In this document: piece after piece, positions 25,302 through 26,822 of the stretch
How the letters are laid out: the number at the start of each line of letters is the position of its first letter
Position numbering within the stretch: the stretch's first letter is position 1
Virus record (IMG/VR): IMGVR_UViG_3300035532_000270
Coordinates: 1-26,822 of that record
Source: a virus
Taxonomy: Duplodnaviria; Caudoviricetes
Reading direction: 5' to 3' (one strand)
Length of the DNA: 26,822 nt
Translations under genes and position numbers: made by a program
Notes under the pieces: model-generated
Database searches by the model: none
What the model was told of the DNA's origin: nothing
Seen by the model: the letters and a program-made list of their open reading frames with translations, nothing else

Positions 25302-26042
25302 CTAATCCTCCTCTATAATTTCAATAAGTTCTTTAAGGTGGCTCAGCACCGCCGCCTTTTTCATAGCCCGCCACCGGTTATTCTGTTCTTCCACAATAAT
25401 TTCCATCAGGATATTGTATTGACGTTTGAATAAAGCTGAGACCAGGGCCGTATTATCCACCTCCTTTTTAATCTCCTCTCGCCGCTCTTTTTTGGCTTCG
25501 CCCTTGACTTCCCGGACTGCTTTGTTCACGAGTGCGCCGGTCAGCTTCTTTTTGGGATCTTCCTGAATCTGAGGGACCACGCCGTCAAACCAGGCTTTAC
25601 ATACGTCTTCATCTTTTTTGAACTGTGTCAAAGGGCGTATTTGACGTTCATTGACTGGGAGAATTTTTGGGGAATTCTGGAAAAAATCCCCCATGGGGGA
25701 CGCTTTATCTAAAACAGATTCATCAGATTTTGAGGCCAATTGGTCCCATTTTGACTCAAGAAGATTAACAACGCGATAGGCTGCAACCTGTCGATGGGCA
25801 TGAGATTTACCCATGTCCCATATTTTTTTACAATACTTTTCAAAAGTCCATCCCGGATAATCCTCCCGGTACAAACGATTGTCCCGGATCTCAGCCAGGG
25901 CGCACCCAACTTCCAAAAACGTATGAAATCCCCGGGCAACAATTTGTTCGCACTCCGTAAACCTCGCCCGCTCACTCTCAGTGAGTGGGATCTCGATAAC
26001 TTCCTTGCCATGGGCAATCAATTCTGCCGTAGTCTGTGCCAT
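25302..26042 (-). CDS. Hypothetical phage early protein
   Basis: FLEVG.AL.EIRD.RLYR....TFE.YC...W......A.R and NERQIRPL motifs, common in phage early regions. Confidence 0.8.
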   Translation of the reverse strand: MAQTTAELIAHGKEVIEIPLTESERARFTECEQIVARGFHTFLEVGCALAEIRDNRLYREDYPGWTFEKYCKKIWDMGKSHAHRQVAAYRVVNLLESKWDQLASKSDESVLDKASPMGDFFQNSPKILPVNERQIRPLTQFKKDEDVCKAWFDGVVPQIQEDPKKKLTGALVNKAVREVKGEAKKERREEIKKEVDNTALVSALFKRQYNILMEIIVEEQNNRWRAMKKAAVLSHLKELIEIIEED

Positions 26043-26048
26043 TTCGCC

Positions 26049-26600
26049 CTAAATCCTCCCCAGATTCTTTTCAAACAACTGCGCTTTTTCCCGGAACTCC
26101 TGGGCCTTAAGAATCATGATCTTTCGCCGGTCATCACCGGTCACAACCTTAGCGTCAACAGCGCCGATAATGGCGTTCACAACCCCGAAACTTTTAAAAA
26201 TATGCTGGAAAGCGAAAAGGTAATAGGAGTCCAGGGGGTAGTTGATAGGGTCGGATATCATTTTATCCAAGGTGGTTTTTGCTAGTGGTTTCCTGCAAAG
26301 CGGCGGGGTCTGCTTGTAACGCTCTTCAGTCCGGCCAAGATATTCATTGACAAGGTCACAAAAAGTCTCGCGGCTGATTCCGGACGAACGCAGCTCCTGC
26401 TTTAAGGCCATGGCAATCTCCTGGCACAGCTCAAACTCGTTTTCTGCCTCCTGCCGAACCGGTCCGGCATTAACAATATCGTTCAGCGCATCGCCAACCG
26501 CTTTGTACTCTTTCATCATCTGGTTCAGATTGTCTTTAAAGCCGAATCCCGGTAAAGGGGGCTCGTTTTCGCCGAACTGTTTTTTCTTTTTCCTGGGCAT
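26049..26600 (-). CDS. Putative CII-like/regulatory early protein
   Basis: Strong SD AAAGGAGG before ATG 26600 (MPRKKKK), SG.SRE......EYLG and TLDKMIS pattern; the 26810 start is doubtful. Confidence 0.65.
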   Translation of the reverse strand: MPRKKKKQFGENEPPLPGFGFKDNLNQMMKEYKAVGDALNDIVNAGPVRQEAENEFELCQEIAMALKQELRSSGISRETFCDLVNEYLGRTEERYKQTPPLCRKPLAKTTLDKMISDPINYPLDSYYLFAFQHIFKSFGVVNAIIGAVDAKVVTGDDRRKIMILKAQEFREKAQLFEKNLGRI

Positions 26601-26822
26601 CGCTGCCTCCTTTCCGCTATCAAAAAGACAGCCGCAACTTGATAGCGATTTTGCGTTCACGTTTTCTGAGTTGATACCGAAATTTTGAAGTGTGATAGAC
26701 GTTGAAGTACCATTTGCAATGACGTATTCTGCCTCTAATACGGCAGCACAGGCAAAGAACTTGGCATCGTCATCAATCATAGGAGGTTGAATTTTGACAA
26801 AATTTAGCATAAAAATAAGCTA

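Larger units (their letters stand above)
1..26822 (-). mobile_element. Mu-like transposable prophage (both ends outside the window) with P2-type contractile tail module
   Basis: Co-oriented minus-strand genes: DDE transposase + AAA ATPase, GemA, Mor/C, Mu gp25-gp30/I/T/gp36-like head genes, P2 V/W/J/I/H/FI-like tail genes. Confidence 0.95.

Noticed and set aside
110-26688. Numerous plus-strand ORFs (e.g. 12323-13561, 22295-23149, 24380-25153, 579-1139)
   Set aside because: They are antisense shadows of well-supported minus-strand phage genes in GC-rich DNA and have no recognisable motifs.
26601-26822. N-terminal extension of the 253-aa ORF, and a possible plus-strand start (AGGAGG, TTG at 26794)
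   Set aside because: A strong SD favours ATG 26600; the plus-strand start is too close to the window edge to assess.

Overview
Almost the whole window is the interior of a Mu-like (transposable) prophage read on the minus strand. From high to low coordinates it runs: early genes (CII-like, hypothetical, DDE transposase A, AAA ATPase B, small Zn-finger/HTH genes, GemA/gp16, Mor/C activator); an AT-rich cargo island (~16.08-20.03 kb); lysis genes (DUF5675-like putative lysin, holin-like, TraR); Mu-type packaging and head genes (gp25-gp30, I/Z, T, gp35-37, G); and a P2-type baseplate/fibre/sheath block that runs off the left edge. The most notable result is in the cargo island. It looks like an integron-style gene-cassette array without an integrase: a promoter, an attI-like site and three single-gene cassettes (a pentapeptide-repeat/K+-channel protein, a 3-TM protein and a 340-aa unknown), each followed by an attC-like hairpin. 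The attC-like sites share a non-canonical geometry: spacers of 6/5 instead of 5/6, and GTTC instead of GTTR in the two intact sites. Two late operons also share an exact 15-bp upstream motif and appear to be leaderless. All protein family calls are from motif recognition and synteny only; no searches were run.
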